Part shown: piece by piece, positions 1 through 13,330 of the stretch
Numbering within the stretch: position 1 is the first letter of the stretch
Layout: each line of letters starts with the position of its first letter
Assembly: GCF_009914755.1 (NCBI RefSeq)
Contig: NC_060926.1
Reading direction: 5' to 3' (one strand)
Length of the DNA stretch: 64,000 nt
From: the human T2T-CHM13v2.0 reference genome, Homo sapiens
Translations under genes and position numbers: made by a program
The notes under the pieces: model-generated
Databases searched by the model: none
What the model saw: only the letters and a program-made list of their open reading frames with translations
What the model was told of the DNA's origin: nothing

Positions 1-765
1 TAGACCCTGGTAACCATGATAAATACATACAATTTTATCGTCAATTATTTAAAAAGACTAGGTTTTAAAAATATATTATCATTCTGAATTCTTGCATTTA
101 TTGTAACAATCAACCTAAAGAAATATGTTGAATATTTGTATGGGAAGAGAACTCTTCCTGGGCTTTTGGTGATGAGCAGAAGTGTATGACATTGCCTCTA
201 ACCGCAGTGAGATCTATATTTAGAGGATGATGTGTCAATAATACTTCAGTGCATAATAAAATAAATGTAGTTTTAAAATGAAATGTAGGAAATCAGGACT
301 GCCATGGAGACAGAGTCTACTTAATTTCCTAGGAGTGTGGCTATTGGAGGGAAACACCTTTAGGACTCTAACACTCTAGGGTATGCTGAGGCAGATAAAC
401 AGTCTGCCAATGGTTATGACAAGGAAGAAAAGCTTTACGGGTAAAAGCCGAGAACCAAGGAATTAGGTGATGGTGGAGGGGGCTCCTAGTGAGAACTGCC
501 ACAGCATATGCATATGCATCTCTGCATGGACTTAAGAACAGAGTTGGAAAGAACCTGAAGCTTTGTGGACACTCAGTCCAGTATTGGGCTAACATCACTT
601 AAGTGAAGGACAGAGCACTAATGGCCCTCGTGCAGAGCAGCGCATGGAGGGACAACTGCAGGAGAGAGAACTTGGGAGAGAAAAGGAAGGGAACATGGAA
701 AACAAGAGTGTAGGAGAAAGGAAGGCAAGCTTATTGGTCTACAGGACCATGGCAGTGAAGCTCTA

Positions 766-946
766 TGCAATGGATATTTTCCATTTGCCCTTCTAGATCG
801 AATATTCCCCATTCCTCACCCTGCACTGTGCCCAGGAGACTGACTACATCAGTGCCTCCTTTCTGCTCTGGTTTCTCATTGAGTTCCATTAATGTTAGCC
901 ACCAGCAAAAGACAAGACTACATGAAGAAGAGCGTGAGGGCAGGGG

Positions 947-985
<39 letters not shown>

Positions 986-1295
986 TTGTTTTTATCCCAG
1001 ACTTTGGTTCTACACTTTCCTGATGTCAATGAATTAGCTGTATCCTTTCCTGGAAGACAGCAGCTCCTTACCTGTTGGTTTTCTCTCTCCTATAGCTAAA
1101 GCTCTCTTTGTCTTCTAGTAACGTCAGAGTCTAGGAACAATAATTGATTCCAGCATTGCTAGTCTCTGGTTCTTCACTCTTCCATTGGTTCTCCTAACTC
1201 TGCCCATACCTTAGAAAATATTAACTTCATTAAACTCTCTTCAATTACTCTATTTGAATATACCATCTGTTGCTTGCCCAGGCACCAGCTGATAG
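766..1295 (+). mobile_element. LTR33-like solo LTR (ERVL), old
   Basis: Begins TGCAATGGATATTTTCCATTTGCCC and ends CATTAAACTCTCTTCAATTAC...ACCATCTGTTGC...CTGATA, resembling recalled LTR33 termini; contains a (TG)n insertion. Confidence 0.7.
949..982. repeat. (TG)17 microsatellite
   Basis: Perfect TG dinucleotide run. Confidence 0.98.
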
Positions 1296-1480
1296 ACCCA
1301 GGTAAGATGATAACGGCACAATGAGAAAATGCAGAGGGAGTGTGTCGCCTTCCTAGAGATGACAGAGGGGAAAAAAAAGAGAGAGAACTGAGATACTGGA
1401 CTGATGACCTTGGGTTAGAGGATGCTTATTATCTTCATGTGAACTCCGAGCTAGCTTCACGGAAAAGTGATCTAACTGTA

Positions 1481-1707
1481 CAGTAGTCCCTCAGTATAAA
1501 TAGGGGATTGCTTCCAGGACCATTCACGTCTGTGCATACTCAAGTCTCACAGTTGGCCCTGCAGAACTTGTATATAAGGAAAGTTGGTCCTCCTCATATG
1601 CAGGTTTTATATCCCATTAATACTGTATTTTGATCTGCATTTGGTTGGAAAAAGCCATGTATAAGTGGACTATGCAGTTCAAAATCATGCTGTTCAAGGG
1701 CCAATTG
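1481..1707 (+). mobile_element. MER8 (TcMar-Tigger MITE)
   Basis: CAGTAGTCCCTCAGTA...GTTCAAGGGCCAATTG termini flanked by TA at 1479-80 and 1708-09; internal match to recalled MER8 consensus. Confidence 0.85.
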
Positions 1708-1785
1708 TAATTGTGTTCAATTGCTGATTTTTTAAAAATAAGGCAATATTTTGCAGGACTGTATTATTCTAAGAATTAGTTGATA

Positions 1786-1985
1786 TGCAGTGTTGTAGCA
1801 TAGAAAGAAACTTAGGGTCAAATTCCATTTTCACCACTTACTATGTCAAGTCACTTCATTTTTCTATGCCTCAGTTTTCTCATCTGAAATATGGGGTCAC
1901 ACCTTCTTCGCAGGAGTCTTATGAAATTAAATGAAATCATGCTTGCTCACAGTAAATCCTTAACAAATGACAGTTGTAATTATTC
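1786..1985 (+). mobile_element. MIR SINE
   Basis: Core CAAGTCACTT...TGCCTCAGTTTTCTCATCTGAAATATGGGG and 3' ATTAAATGAAAT. Confidence 0.8.
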
Positions 1986-2809
1986 GTGCACTTCACCAAA
2001 TCCTTTTCTGCCACAAGTCTCAGTTTAAGAATTCTTACAAGATTATGGTTTTATCAAAGGTGCTTGAATCTGGGTGCACTCGATCAGTTTCCTGAACACT
2101 GATTTAGATCTAGAGGAAGGTGAAGATGACTCTGATCTACTCCATCTGCACCTACCTTGCTGGCAGGGAGGCAGTGACAAGGCTCCAGCTATCAGCACCT
2201 CTGTCATGTTTCCCTTTGGTGAAAAATGAGTTCTGAACTGTTTTGTTTTTTCTTTTTAGAAATACATCCCAAATCACATTGATTTGTGCTATATGCCACA
2301 TCTTAAATCCTCAGGTTATTAATCAATTAAAGTCCTAAGAATTAATCTTGTAATTCTAATAAACTAGTCATCCAGAACTTTCAAACCCTATGAAAACGAA
2401 CTCAAAAGTTCATTTTCAAAATCTATCCTTTGTATCATTTATGTTACAGTGAACATTCTTGAGAAGTTCACCCAAGATCTGCTCTGATAAAAAAAATGAA
2501 ATATGAGCCCCAGAGAATATTCTTTAAGAAGAAATATCTAAATGTCAGTTCTGTTGTTTATTATGTTAAGCATCCTGCATGCCACAATATTTTAACCATT
2601 ACCATTTCACTGTCTCATTCAATAAATATTTACCAAATGCTATGAGTGATCTAGATCCTGGAGAAACTCCGAGGAACAAAAACACACAGAACCTCACATC
2701 CTGATGAAAGTTGTATCCTAAATACAAGGTGAATAGCAGCTCAAGAAATTTATTTTCCTCATCGCATATCTCTACTTACTAAAAAGTACTGAAGTTTCAA
2801 TGAGTCTAG

Positions 2810-2980
2810 TATTGCCAGGTAAAATATAGGATGTCCAACTAAATGTGAATTTCAGAGCAAAAACAAGTAATTTTTCAGTATATCACATATACTGGGCCTT
2901 ATGAGAGGTGTTCATTGGACACATTTAAACTAAAAATTATTTTTGTTTATCTGAAATTCAAGTTTAACTGGGTATCTTAT
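2810..2980. mobile_element. MER3/MER33-like hAT-Charlie MITE
   Basis: TTGCCAGGTAAAATATAGGATGTCCAACTAAATGTGAATTTCAG ... ATCTGAAATTCAAGTTTAACTGG inverted structure. Confidence 0.7.
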
Positions 2981-2999
2981 TGTTTTTAAAATGTTTTAT

Positions 3000-3355
3000 T
3001 TTTTAAAAAAAATATTTTTAAAATTATTACGAATACATAATAGTTGTACATATTTATGGTATACATGTGATATTTTAATGCAAGCATACAATGTGTAATG
3101 ATCAAATCAGGCTAACTTGGGTATCCATCTCCTCAAGCATTTATTATATCTTTGTGGTAGGAACATTCCAATTCCACTCTTTTAGTTATTTTGAAATATG
3201 CAATAAATTATTATTAACCATAGTCACCTTATTGTACTACCAAACACTAGATCTTATTCCTTCTATCTAACTGTATTTGTGTACCCACTCACCACATCCC
3301 TTCTTACCCCTCTACCCCTGGCCTCTGGTGACCCATCATTCTGCTCTCTATCTCC
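3000..3355 (-). mobile_element. L1MA 3' UTR fragment
   Basis: T-rich tail then TACATAATAGTTGTACATATTTATGG...ATACAATGTGTAATGATCAAATCAG typical of antisense L1MA 3' ends. Confidence 0.85.
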
Positions 3356-4109
3356 AAGTGCTGAAGGGGTGGGTCACTGCTCTGCTCCCCACTTGCTGAG
3401 TCATTTTGTGCACATAATTTAGCTTTCCTGGACCTCAGTTTGCTCACATATAAAGTGTGGGATCTGCCTCAAGAGACATTTAAGGTCCCTTATAGCTCCC
3501 TGGTTCCAGTTCTTCCCCAAGCAAAAGATCTTGTCACCACATGTATCCTTCCCACTCCTCCATTCTCTACGTGGACTTTAAAACTAGCTGTTCATTACTG
3601 CTCCAAATCCCCGTTTCCCTCAGTATCCCTTATAGATAATCTTGATGTGACCTCCCCAACCCCATGTCAGTTGATTTGCCCAAGGCTATTAGATTAATGA
3701 TAAGTGCCCTATATTTGAGTAGCACTTTACGTTTCACAAAGTGCTTTCACATGTATTACTGCACTTTGATATGCCAATTTCCTGTATTTCACTCAGAAGC
3801 TGGTTGCTAAAGTTGTCTTTCATGCCACTGTGTAAATAATGTTTCTCATTTACCTCTCCAAATATTAGCAACTTTCTGAGAGACCATCTCTCAAAAGAAG
3901 TCTGCTCTCATTGGTGAAGATTTTGCAGGGATTCTGACTCATCACTCTTCCATGGTTAGTGCCTCTCCCTCAGTGCTTGCTGGAGCTTCCTCCTTGCCCC
4001 TTCTGTTCACAGGAGCAAGTACTTGCCTCCTCCTGCAGCAGGCCCTGTCATTTCACCTTTCAACTCCAGTACCCTAAGGGGACCACTGCAAACCTGGACC
4101 TCATAGACC

Positions 4110-4238
4110 CTGGCTACTCGGTGTGGTCCCTGCACCAGCAGTGTCTAGCTCCTGGAAGTTTGTTAGAAAATGCAATCTTGGACTTCACTCAAGAACTATT
4201 AAATCAGAGCTTGCCTTTTTAAGTTTGAGAAGCACTGA
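4110..4238. mobile_element. MER5A (hAT-Charlie)
   Basis: GTGTGGTCCCTGCACCAGCAG...TTGTTAGAAAATGCA...AAGTTTGAGAAGCACTG. Confidence 0.75.
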
Positions 4239-5803
4239 TTTAGAACAACTCTAGTCAGGCACAATTTTTTCATATTTTTCTAAGAGATCAGAAGTGTTTA
4301 ATTTGGTCCATATTTATTAGCCTATCCCAGGAGCAATGGCTCCTAACCTTGTTTCTACCAACTGTCAGGATAACGCACACTCATTTAAAGAAGAGAGGCT
4401 CACTTATGTTAGCAATTCTCATCTAACCCACCACACATGTTCCTTTTGTGAGTTATACTCTTTTAGTTAATCAGGTGGGATGCTGAATGACTGAAGGGAG
4501 AAGGGGGCAGAAACATGGCCACCATGTCTCAATATCTGTAACACTATTCTCTAAATATATGAATAGAGAAATATGAATTATGATCTTCTATTCCTACTGG
4601 CTGTCTGACAGGGCCAAATAAATAGACCCAATATAAAAATGGAGAGAATAATGCAATAATGAATTATTTCTGACACAGAAATGTTTAAAGAATAACTTAA
4701 AAACATAATTTCAAAGTTCTTAGAGTTCGATAACTAATTAAAAAAATCCAGAGTTTCATTGGCTACGTTTTTTTGACATTGGTGTCCTGCTCCAGAGAGC
4801 TGTTCCTGAAACTGATAAACATGTAACATCATTCAAAATACTTTTTATGAAATAATCACAGGTACGAACAGATTGACAGAACCAAGAAAGCAATAACTGC
4901 CTGTCTTGGTAAATTACACATTTGGTCCCTCCATCTCCTTCAGCCCCAGGGGACAAAGTCAAGCAAATGTGAAATAATCAGATGTTTGTCTGATTGTAAT
5001 ATTAATCTTTGGATTTTATACCAAAAGACAGAAAAAGAATTCTGCTCTAGACTAAATCCTTAAATAACTCAAGTTTGCAGAATCAAAAATAAAAACACAT
5101 TTTTTTCTTACAATCAGAGCAATGTCATCAAAAGTATGTGACCCAATTTTATATGAAGCCTGAAAATACTAATACAATGATTAATAGACTCATTTATCTT
5201 CAAATATAGAACTTTATCTGTTTTAAACTATATGTTAGAAATGGGGAAACACTTCTTAAATATTTAAATTTATTATTGTCATTAAATTCTAAACAGGAGT
5301 TTACCACATGCCATCGTTAACTCATAACTAAGTTGACCTGATAACCAATTCATAGCCTTGTAGATTGTTTATCAGGTCTAAACTTCAATACTGTAATTCA
5401 TTCAGTGGAGTTATACAGTTAGGACAATGAAGCTGATATCCTTAGAACTGGTAGAGAGATGACACATCTAGAATTTGGAATAGCCCTCAGCTTAGCTGCA
5501 TTAAGCTTTTTTTTTTTTTTTTGACTGCGAATTTATATCACTAAAGCTAGCTGTGTAACTATTAGTCACTAATTCCAGCAAATTATGAAATTCACTTGTA
5601 AAATATATTTAAATTACTTAAGAGAAAATACAAAATTGCCTTTAAACTGACATTTTAAAGTTAATAGACACCCTACTGAGCATGTTGACACATAGCCACA
5701 CTGTTTCAACAGCAAAAATTGAATACAATATTCTAGGAATAAAAAAGGGATTGGACTTTGAGGCTTTAAAGTATAGTTATAGGCTTTTGAAAGAAGACAT
5801 CTG

Positions 5804-6207
<404 letters not shown>

Positions 6208-6390
6208 CTATCTATTATAAAAATGGTTTTCTCTATATTTCCTTAGTGTCATATGACTCTTACTTTTATATGTGGTTAATTTGAGTTGGTAAACCACATT
6301 AGAGTATGATGCTCTTGAGATTACAACTAGAGTTATGATATCATCATAGATCAGGGAGTTTTACTGTACTTCATTGACTGCACTGCTAAT

Positions 6391-7477
6391 TAGGGTGACC
6401 ATATAATTTACCACACAACCAGTTTGAATTTGGTAAAGGATTTTTAGATATGATACCAAAAATATGAGCAACAAAAGAAAAAAATAGATAAACTGGACTT
6501 CATCAAAACTAAACAATGTTGTGTCTCAAATGACACCATCAAGAAAGTGAAAAGACAACTCACAGAATGGGAAAAAATATATTTAAATTATATAACTGAA
6601 AGAAACTTGTTTCTAGAATATATAAAGGTATTATATATTTATTATAACTCAAGAATAAAAAAACCAAAAAGTACAATTGGAAAATGGGAGAGAGATTTAA
6701 ACAGATATTTCCCCAAGGAAGATATATAAAAGTCCAAAAAGCACATTTTAAAAATGTTTGACCTGGTTAGTCATTAGGGAAATACAAATGAAAACCACAA
6801 TGAGATATCACTTTACACCCAGATGCCCAGAATTAATAAGTCAAATAATAAGTTTTCATGAGAACATAGAGAATTGGAACCCTCATGCAGTACTACTGTG
6901 AATGCAAAATGATGCAGCCACAGACACACACAAAAGCTTGTATGCAATTGTTTACAGCGGCATTGTTCATAACAGCCAAAATGTGGAAACAACCCAAATG
7001 TCAATCAACAGACAAGTGAATAAACAAAATGTGGCATATGTATACAAAATGTGGTATATGTATACAATGGAATAGTATTCAGCCATAAAAAGGAATGGTG
7101 TGTGGATACGTGCCACAACATGGCTAGGTCTTAAAAGCCTTACGCTAAATGAAAGAAGTCAGTCACGAAAGACCAGACACTGTATTAATCCATTTATATG
7201 AAAGTCCAGAATAGGAAAATCTATAGAGACAGAAAGATCAGTGTTTCCTTAGCATTGAAGGTGTTGTGGGGAGTGGAGACAGGGGATAAGCAGGTGGTAG
7301 GTCAAGGGTACAGGGTTTCTTTTTGAGGTTATGAAAATATTGTAAAACTTACTGTGGTGATGATCGTATGTATCTGTGAATATACTAAAAAACACAAAAT
7401 TGTATGTCACATACATTATATTTCACTAAATATGTTTAAAAAGAAAAGAAATTATACTGGGACACTAGGTACAAACT

Positions 7478-7521
<44 letters not shown>

Positions 7522-7559
7522 ATCCTAGGCAAATTTGGATGCATTTTGACTCACCTCTA
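6391..7559 (+). mobile_element. MER94-like hAT-Blackjack MITE split by an L1 (halves 6391-6420 and ~7450-7559)
   Basis: TAGGGTGACCATATAATTTA left end; right half CTGGGACACTAGGTACAAACTGGGAC-(T37)-...TCACCTCTA. Confidence 0.65.
6425..7445 (+). mobile_element. L1MB-type 3' portion (ORF2 end plus 3' UTR)
   Basis: Decayed ORF2 peptide KRQLTEWEKI...LNRYFPKEDI and 3' UTR GAAAGAAGTCAGTCACGAAAGACC; 20-bp tandem duplication at 7024-7063. Confidence 0.9.
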
Positions 7560-8384
7560 ACCTCACCCAAGTGTCTGACCAACTACTTTCCACTCTTCTG
7601 GAGAAGGACTGGTGGTGAGAAAGCCTGATCAGTTCTAATAGCTATACTAATACTGTTTTGAAAGCACAAGTAAAACAATATATCCTAATGAAATGGCTAG
7701 GAAAATGTCTTCAAATAAGAAGAAATAATTTGTAGTCACTTAGTGATACTCCCATGCACAGGAGCCCCTAGGCTACTTTTAATACACCTATGAGCAGCAC
7801 TGGCCCACCTAACAGGTAGCTTAAGCATGTGCTTAGAGTACACACAAATCCAGGTTTGGTTTTAATAAACTTTTCAAGAACTTTGCATTTAAAAAAACTA
7901 TAGAAGGAAGCTATTTTCATATCAACATACGTATTATGCATCACTACCTGAAATCCAACAGAACTCAACATTGATATACTAGGTTTGGAAAGCTTAGTAT
8001 GACTCTTATGTTAATTATAATATTCTCAATGCTGGGACCATCTACCATTCTTAATTCAGCCCCGTAAAGAAGGAAAGGGACAACAATAGTCGAACCACAA
8101 TGTCGAAGCTTGGCATGGTCACAGACAGAAGCTCACAGCAAGGACCAGTGATAATCAAAGACCAAAACAACATTCCCATTCCCTAGTTTCTCTGTGTAAG
8201 AATTTGGTATTTTCCAGAGATCTTCGGGGTGTGTGGGAGCCTCCAGTTAATTAGGATTAAGTGTCCCCACCCCTTGAAGTCTGATTTAATTTTGCTTACG
8301 AAAATAAGCATATGTGCCTTTTTTGTTTTGTACAACTGATTTTGTGAAGTAAAATTCATACTCGGTCCACTACCTATGTCCATC

Positions 8385-8756
8385 TGACTATGACTGTTTT
8401 GTGTTCCCACCCAAACCTCCTCTTGAATTGTATTCCCCAGGTGTTAAGGGAGGAACCTGATGGAAAGTGATTGGATTATGCGGGCTGTCTCCCCACTGCT
8501 GTTCTCATGATAGTGAGTGAACTCTCATGAGATCTGATGGTTTTATAAATGGTAGTTTTTCCTGTGCTGTCATGCACTTCTCCTTCCTGCTGCCTTGGGA
8601 AGAAGATGCCTTGTTTCCCCTTCGCCTTCCACTGTGATTGTGAGTTTCCTGAGGCTTACCCAGCCATGCTGAACTGTGAGTCAGTTAAACCTTTTTCCTT
8701 TATAAATTACACAGTCTCGGGCAGTTCTTATAGCAATGTGAGAATGGACTAATACA
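8385..8756 (+). mobile_element. THE1C/D (MaLR) solo LTR
   Basis: GTTCTCATGATAGTGAGTGAACTCTCATGAGATCTGATGG and terminal GGACTAATACA. Confidence 0.92.
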
Positions 8757-8974
8757 GTAAGCTAAGGCTTTTGGCTTTCTCCACAGTCCAACTGGAGATT
8801 AGAATGGAAGATCCCTGCCTGTGCTATCTGATCCCTACTTGTTTTAAGATGATCCTAATCAAAAGAAAGGATGTGCTCTTTTCCTTTTTTTTGGTAAATG
8901 GAAAAGAAATTTGTAAATGTGGGAATTGTACAGTTGAATTCTGTAAGGAATGAAATCATTAAAAAGAACATGCT

Positions 8975-9363
8975 TGATAGACTGGATTAAGAAAATGTGG
9001 CACATATACACCATGGAATACTATGCAGCCATAAAAAAGGATGAGTTCATGTCCTTTGTAGGGACATGGATGAAGCTGGAAACCATCATTCTCAGCAAAC
9101 TATTGCAAGGACAGAAAACCAAACACCGCATGTTCTCACTCATAGGTGGGAATTGAACAATGAGAACACTTGGACACAGGGTGGGGAACATCATACACCA
9201 GGGCCTGTCGTGGAGTGGAGTGAGGGGGGAGGGATAGCATTAGGAGATATACCTAATGTAAATGACGAGTTAATGGGTGCAGCACACCAACATGGCACAT
9301 GTAACAAACCTGCACGTTGTGCACATGTACTGTAGAACTTAAAGTATAATTAAAAAAAAAAAA
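8975..9363 (+). mobile_element. 5'-truncated L1PA 3' end
   Basis: ORF2 C-terminus [16 protein letters not shown]...SLIGGN, 3' UTR, poly(A); 14-bp TSD AAAAAGAACATGCT (8961-8974 and ending 9372) at a TT/AAAA site. Confidence 0.98.
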
Positions 9364-10277
9364 GAACATGCTAACCAGATAACCATTTACATATACAAAA
9401 GATAGTTTTTAGTGAGTCCTTTCAGAAGGAAACATAGTTTGATATTAGAATACACAGCTAGCTATCTTTCAGTAAAACACGGTTAAAGCAATAGGTATGG
9501 TAAAAATTATTTCTATCACAAAGGTTTTAAATTGGGTTTTAAAATAACCATAATTATACTGAAGATTCTAGAAGGCAATTATTATTTATCCAACTCTGAC
9601 ATCTCAAAAAAGCATTTCAGCATCTGAAAGGGCAGAATAACTTAGAGTATCCCATAAATTCCAGCATCATTTATTCAAATCAAATATCCATTTTTAAATC
9701 AAGGGCAACTACTTCTTCATAAAAGAATTGTGTAATATATTACCTAGAAATGAATGTTACATATTTATAACTCTGGCTGGTAAATCCCAGTCATACTGTT
9801 ATTATGCCATTAAACTGGAAATATATAGAGTTGAAAAGAGGAGTGATCATAATAAAAGCACTTTATTCTGCACATAATACCAGAAATTCAATCTAATACA
9901 ACTTCCAGATATCAGAAGTTTAATGTTTATGGTTTTTATTGAATAATCTCCTTCTCTGACTAAAGTCAATAAAAAGTCATCTCTAAACTTTGCAGTCAAG
10001 CTAGCAACCATTACATTAAACTACAAGTTCATGAAGATAAGAATAAAATCAAAAGATCATCTTCTGATCCCAGCTAACTAATGCTTTAGTGTTTTTCTTC
10101 TCAATACCAAGACCAGTTTATTTAAATAATTTCACTATTGAAGTTTGACAAATGTTTTTTTTTAATGCATTTTTTACTTGCATATTCATATTGGATTTAA
10201 AGTCATTTCAAGGAAAATGATATTATCAAATAATGTTATAAATATGCTGGAAAGCTCTTTGGGAGACAATTAAAAAT

Positions 10278-10465
10278 TTTGTGTTAAAATATATATATAT
10301 ATAAAATTTACCATTTTAACCATTTTTAAATGTACAGTGCAATGGCATTAAGTATATTCATATTGTTATACAATCATCACCACCATTCACTTCTAGAACT
10401 TTTTCATTTTCTCAAACTGAAACTCACTCCATTAAATAATATTTCTGCATTCCCTGCTCTCTTCA
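10278..10465 (-). mobile_element. L1MB 3' end fragment
   Basis: ATAAAATTTACCATTTTAACCATTTTTAAATGTACAGT...GGCATTAAGTATATTCA. Confidence 0.85.
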
Positions 10466-11902
10466 TTGAGGAGAAAATTTAAATAACATACACTCAAAAC
10501 ATACACTCATAAGCTGGAATAACACTCAAGCAGAAATCCTCAAAGGGCTCTAGTATTTCTGTTTTGCACTTTAGAAACAATGATTTAACATAGTCATTTG
10601 TTGAAATATTGCTGGCACTAGTGACACACGCCATTTGTAGACATAATTGTGGATGTTACAGAGCAGTTATATATTTTGGGTTTTTCACTACACAATTATT
10701 AAATATGTAAATAGTAAAGAATAATTTCTTATTAGATTGGATAATTCCTGCTTTCAACAAAAGATGCAGAATATATGTAGGGGGTGTGGCTATAAACAGT
10801 ACATGACACCCTGATCCACTTGACATGATACCCACATGACAACCCTGATCCACTTGAGCAGGGAGGTTTCTTGTGTAATTTCCCTAAAGGTGGCTATATA
10901 TTTATATGAGTTCATCTATACTTCCATATCACGTATCCTCTGTTGGCGGTTGATGGCATATGTTTGTGAGTAGATGAATACCAGAAATGGTGTATGAACA
11001 GGGAAATTCAATAATTGGCAGTAAAAACTAACTTAAGAAATAAACGAGGAAGAAAGAGTTGCTCATAAATGTCAGATTGTTATACAATCATCGACACCAC
11101 TCACCTTCAGAACTTTTTCATTTTCTCAAACTGTAACTCACTCCATTAAATAACAATTCCCCATTCCCTGCTCTCTTCATTGAGGAGAAAATTTAAATAA
11201 CATGTTTTTCAAAACATACACAAACAGAAAAACACACACACACACACAAACAAAACAGATCTTGCCAAAAAAAAAAAGTTACCATTTTCATCAAAAAAGC
11301 CTCCAAAAAGCACCTTATGCAAATGACTTTCCCTGAATGGAAGGGAGCATATATCTATCTGTCTTAAATGATCCTTCTCTGTACTAACTCCTCAAGTTCT
11401 GCAGCCCATGACTTCAAAATGTACCCTTGTATTATGAACAAATTGCTGACTGTGTCCTCACAGGTCACGTTTATTCCACTGGATCCACATTCCATCGCTC
11501 GTATGGTATGGAATCCTTTCCATCTAACTTTTCCAATGCCTGAGTATATACCATATTCATTCACTCTAGGTTTTGCATCCTTATTCTTAAATCCAAACTG
11601 CCACATCAATATGCCATGTGCCAGGGGCTCCCTGGTCTTGAGTAAATGTTCTTTCTTTAATGTTGCTCTCTTTAATGTCATCTTTTGATCTTCAGATTAT
11701 ATATCTTTACCTAAAGAACCTGGAGACACTGAGAGATGATGATAGAGAGTAGAGTGCTATAGCAAAGAAAGACAATTCGTCTTTGTGGAATGCTGAATAA
11801 ATTCAGTTTCAAGAATGGTGGAAATGATAAAGCAGAGACAATGTGTCCCAATTTTCAGAGTAAATCATGAGTGCCATTTTTACAATAAAGCTCATTGGTA
11901 TT

Positions 11903-12186
11903 GGCCAGGCCCGGTGGCTCACACCTGTAATCCCAACGCTTTGGAAGGCTGAGGCAGGCAGATCACGAGGACAAGAGATTGAGACCATCCTGGTTAACAC
12001 GGTGAAACCCCGTCCCTACTAAAAATACAAAAAAATTAGTCGCACATGGTGGCACGCGCTTGTAGTCGCAGCTACTCGGGAGGCTGAGGCAAGAGAATCT
12101 CTTGACCGGGAAGGCGGAGCTTGCAGTGAGCCGAGATCGTGCCACTGCACTCCAGCCTGGGCGACAGAGCAAGACTCCATTTCAAA

Positions 12187-12217
<31 letters not shown>

Positions 12218-12220
12218 AAA
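11903..12220 (+). mobile_element. AluSc/AluY-type element
   Basis: GATCACGAGG..AAGAGATTGAGACCATCCTGG diagnostic segment; (CAAAA)n tail; TSD CTCATTGGTAT at 11891-11901 and 12223-12233. Confidence 0.97.
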
Positions 12221-13261
12221 CACTCATTGGTATCATCTATATCATGTTTATTTTTCAGAACTAAAAATCGTTACAATACAAACCACTATTAATTGTCTAA
12301 TATTTTGTTAACATTGATAGAAACTTTTATAAGTCATACACTTTGAAAGTCTCATATGAAGGTTAGACATCCTCCCCACCTGGCTTCTGGCAAGAATATC
12401 ACCCAGTGATGAATATAAAACAATCCACTAAAAATAGCCAGGGTAAGGATTCCCCGGAGCTATTTTCTTTCTCTGTTTCTCATCTTTCTACACATTCTTC
12501 TTAAGATGCAATTTATAGGTAAACTCAAGAGTTCCATTGTATTCTTAGACAATAATAACTAATGACTACTGAGAATTTACAGTGTGCTAGAAACTAAACT
12601 GTTCATCTTCACAACAATCTTGTGTAGTAGAAACAATTATTATTCATATTTAATATACAGTGTAAAGAAAGCAAAAAAGATATTAAGAAGCTTACCCAAG
12701 TTCACCCCGACATTGTCCAAAATCATAGAAATGCCAGATCACACTCTTAAGCATCAGTTTAAAATGTCAGTATTATTTTCCACACGTGAGTTATTTTCAT
12801 TTTTTATTTCATCATTTTTTAAATATTCTAAAGAAGTGAACAGCATGCATATTGTTCCTCAGAAATGCCTGGCATTTGTTAGTCATGCCTGAGATTTCTG
12901 CCACCTCAGGTGCCTTTGCTGGGTACCTTGGACATTTCAATTCAGTAACTGGCATCTCAACAATGTTTTTAAAGCCAAAATTTGAAAATCCACTGGAAGC
13001 CATTCTGTCACACCTAGAAAATAGGTACATCTCTAGCTCTTCCACATATAAAGGTATCCCGTGGAAAGGAATGGGCACCAATCCAAGTATAAACTGTCTG
13101 TTCCATCCTAAGCCTCCCAGAGATGAATCCTCAGCTAAGGAATGTGAGTGAAAGCAGACAAATACCCGTTGTATCTAGCAGTGCCCAAAGAGACCAGATT
13201 GCTGCTTCAAAAGACTTTTCACGTTTTCATTTTTTTTTAAAGTGACATTCCTTGAATTAAG

Positions 13262-13330
13262 ATGTATACATATGTAACAAACCTGCACGTTGTGCACATG
13301 TACCCTAAAACTTAAAGTATAATAAAAAAA
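13262..13330 (+). mobile_element. Extremely truncated L1PA 3' stub (~70 bp)
   Basis: ATGTATACATATGTAACAAACCTGCACGTTGTGCACATGTACCCTAAAACTTAAAGTATAATAAAAAAA equals the L1PA terminus. Confidence 0.93.
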
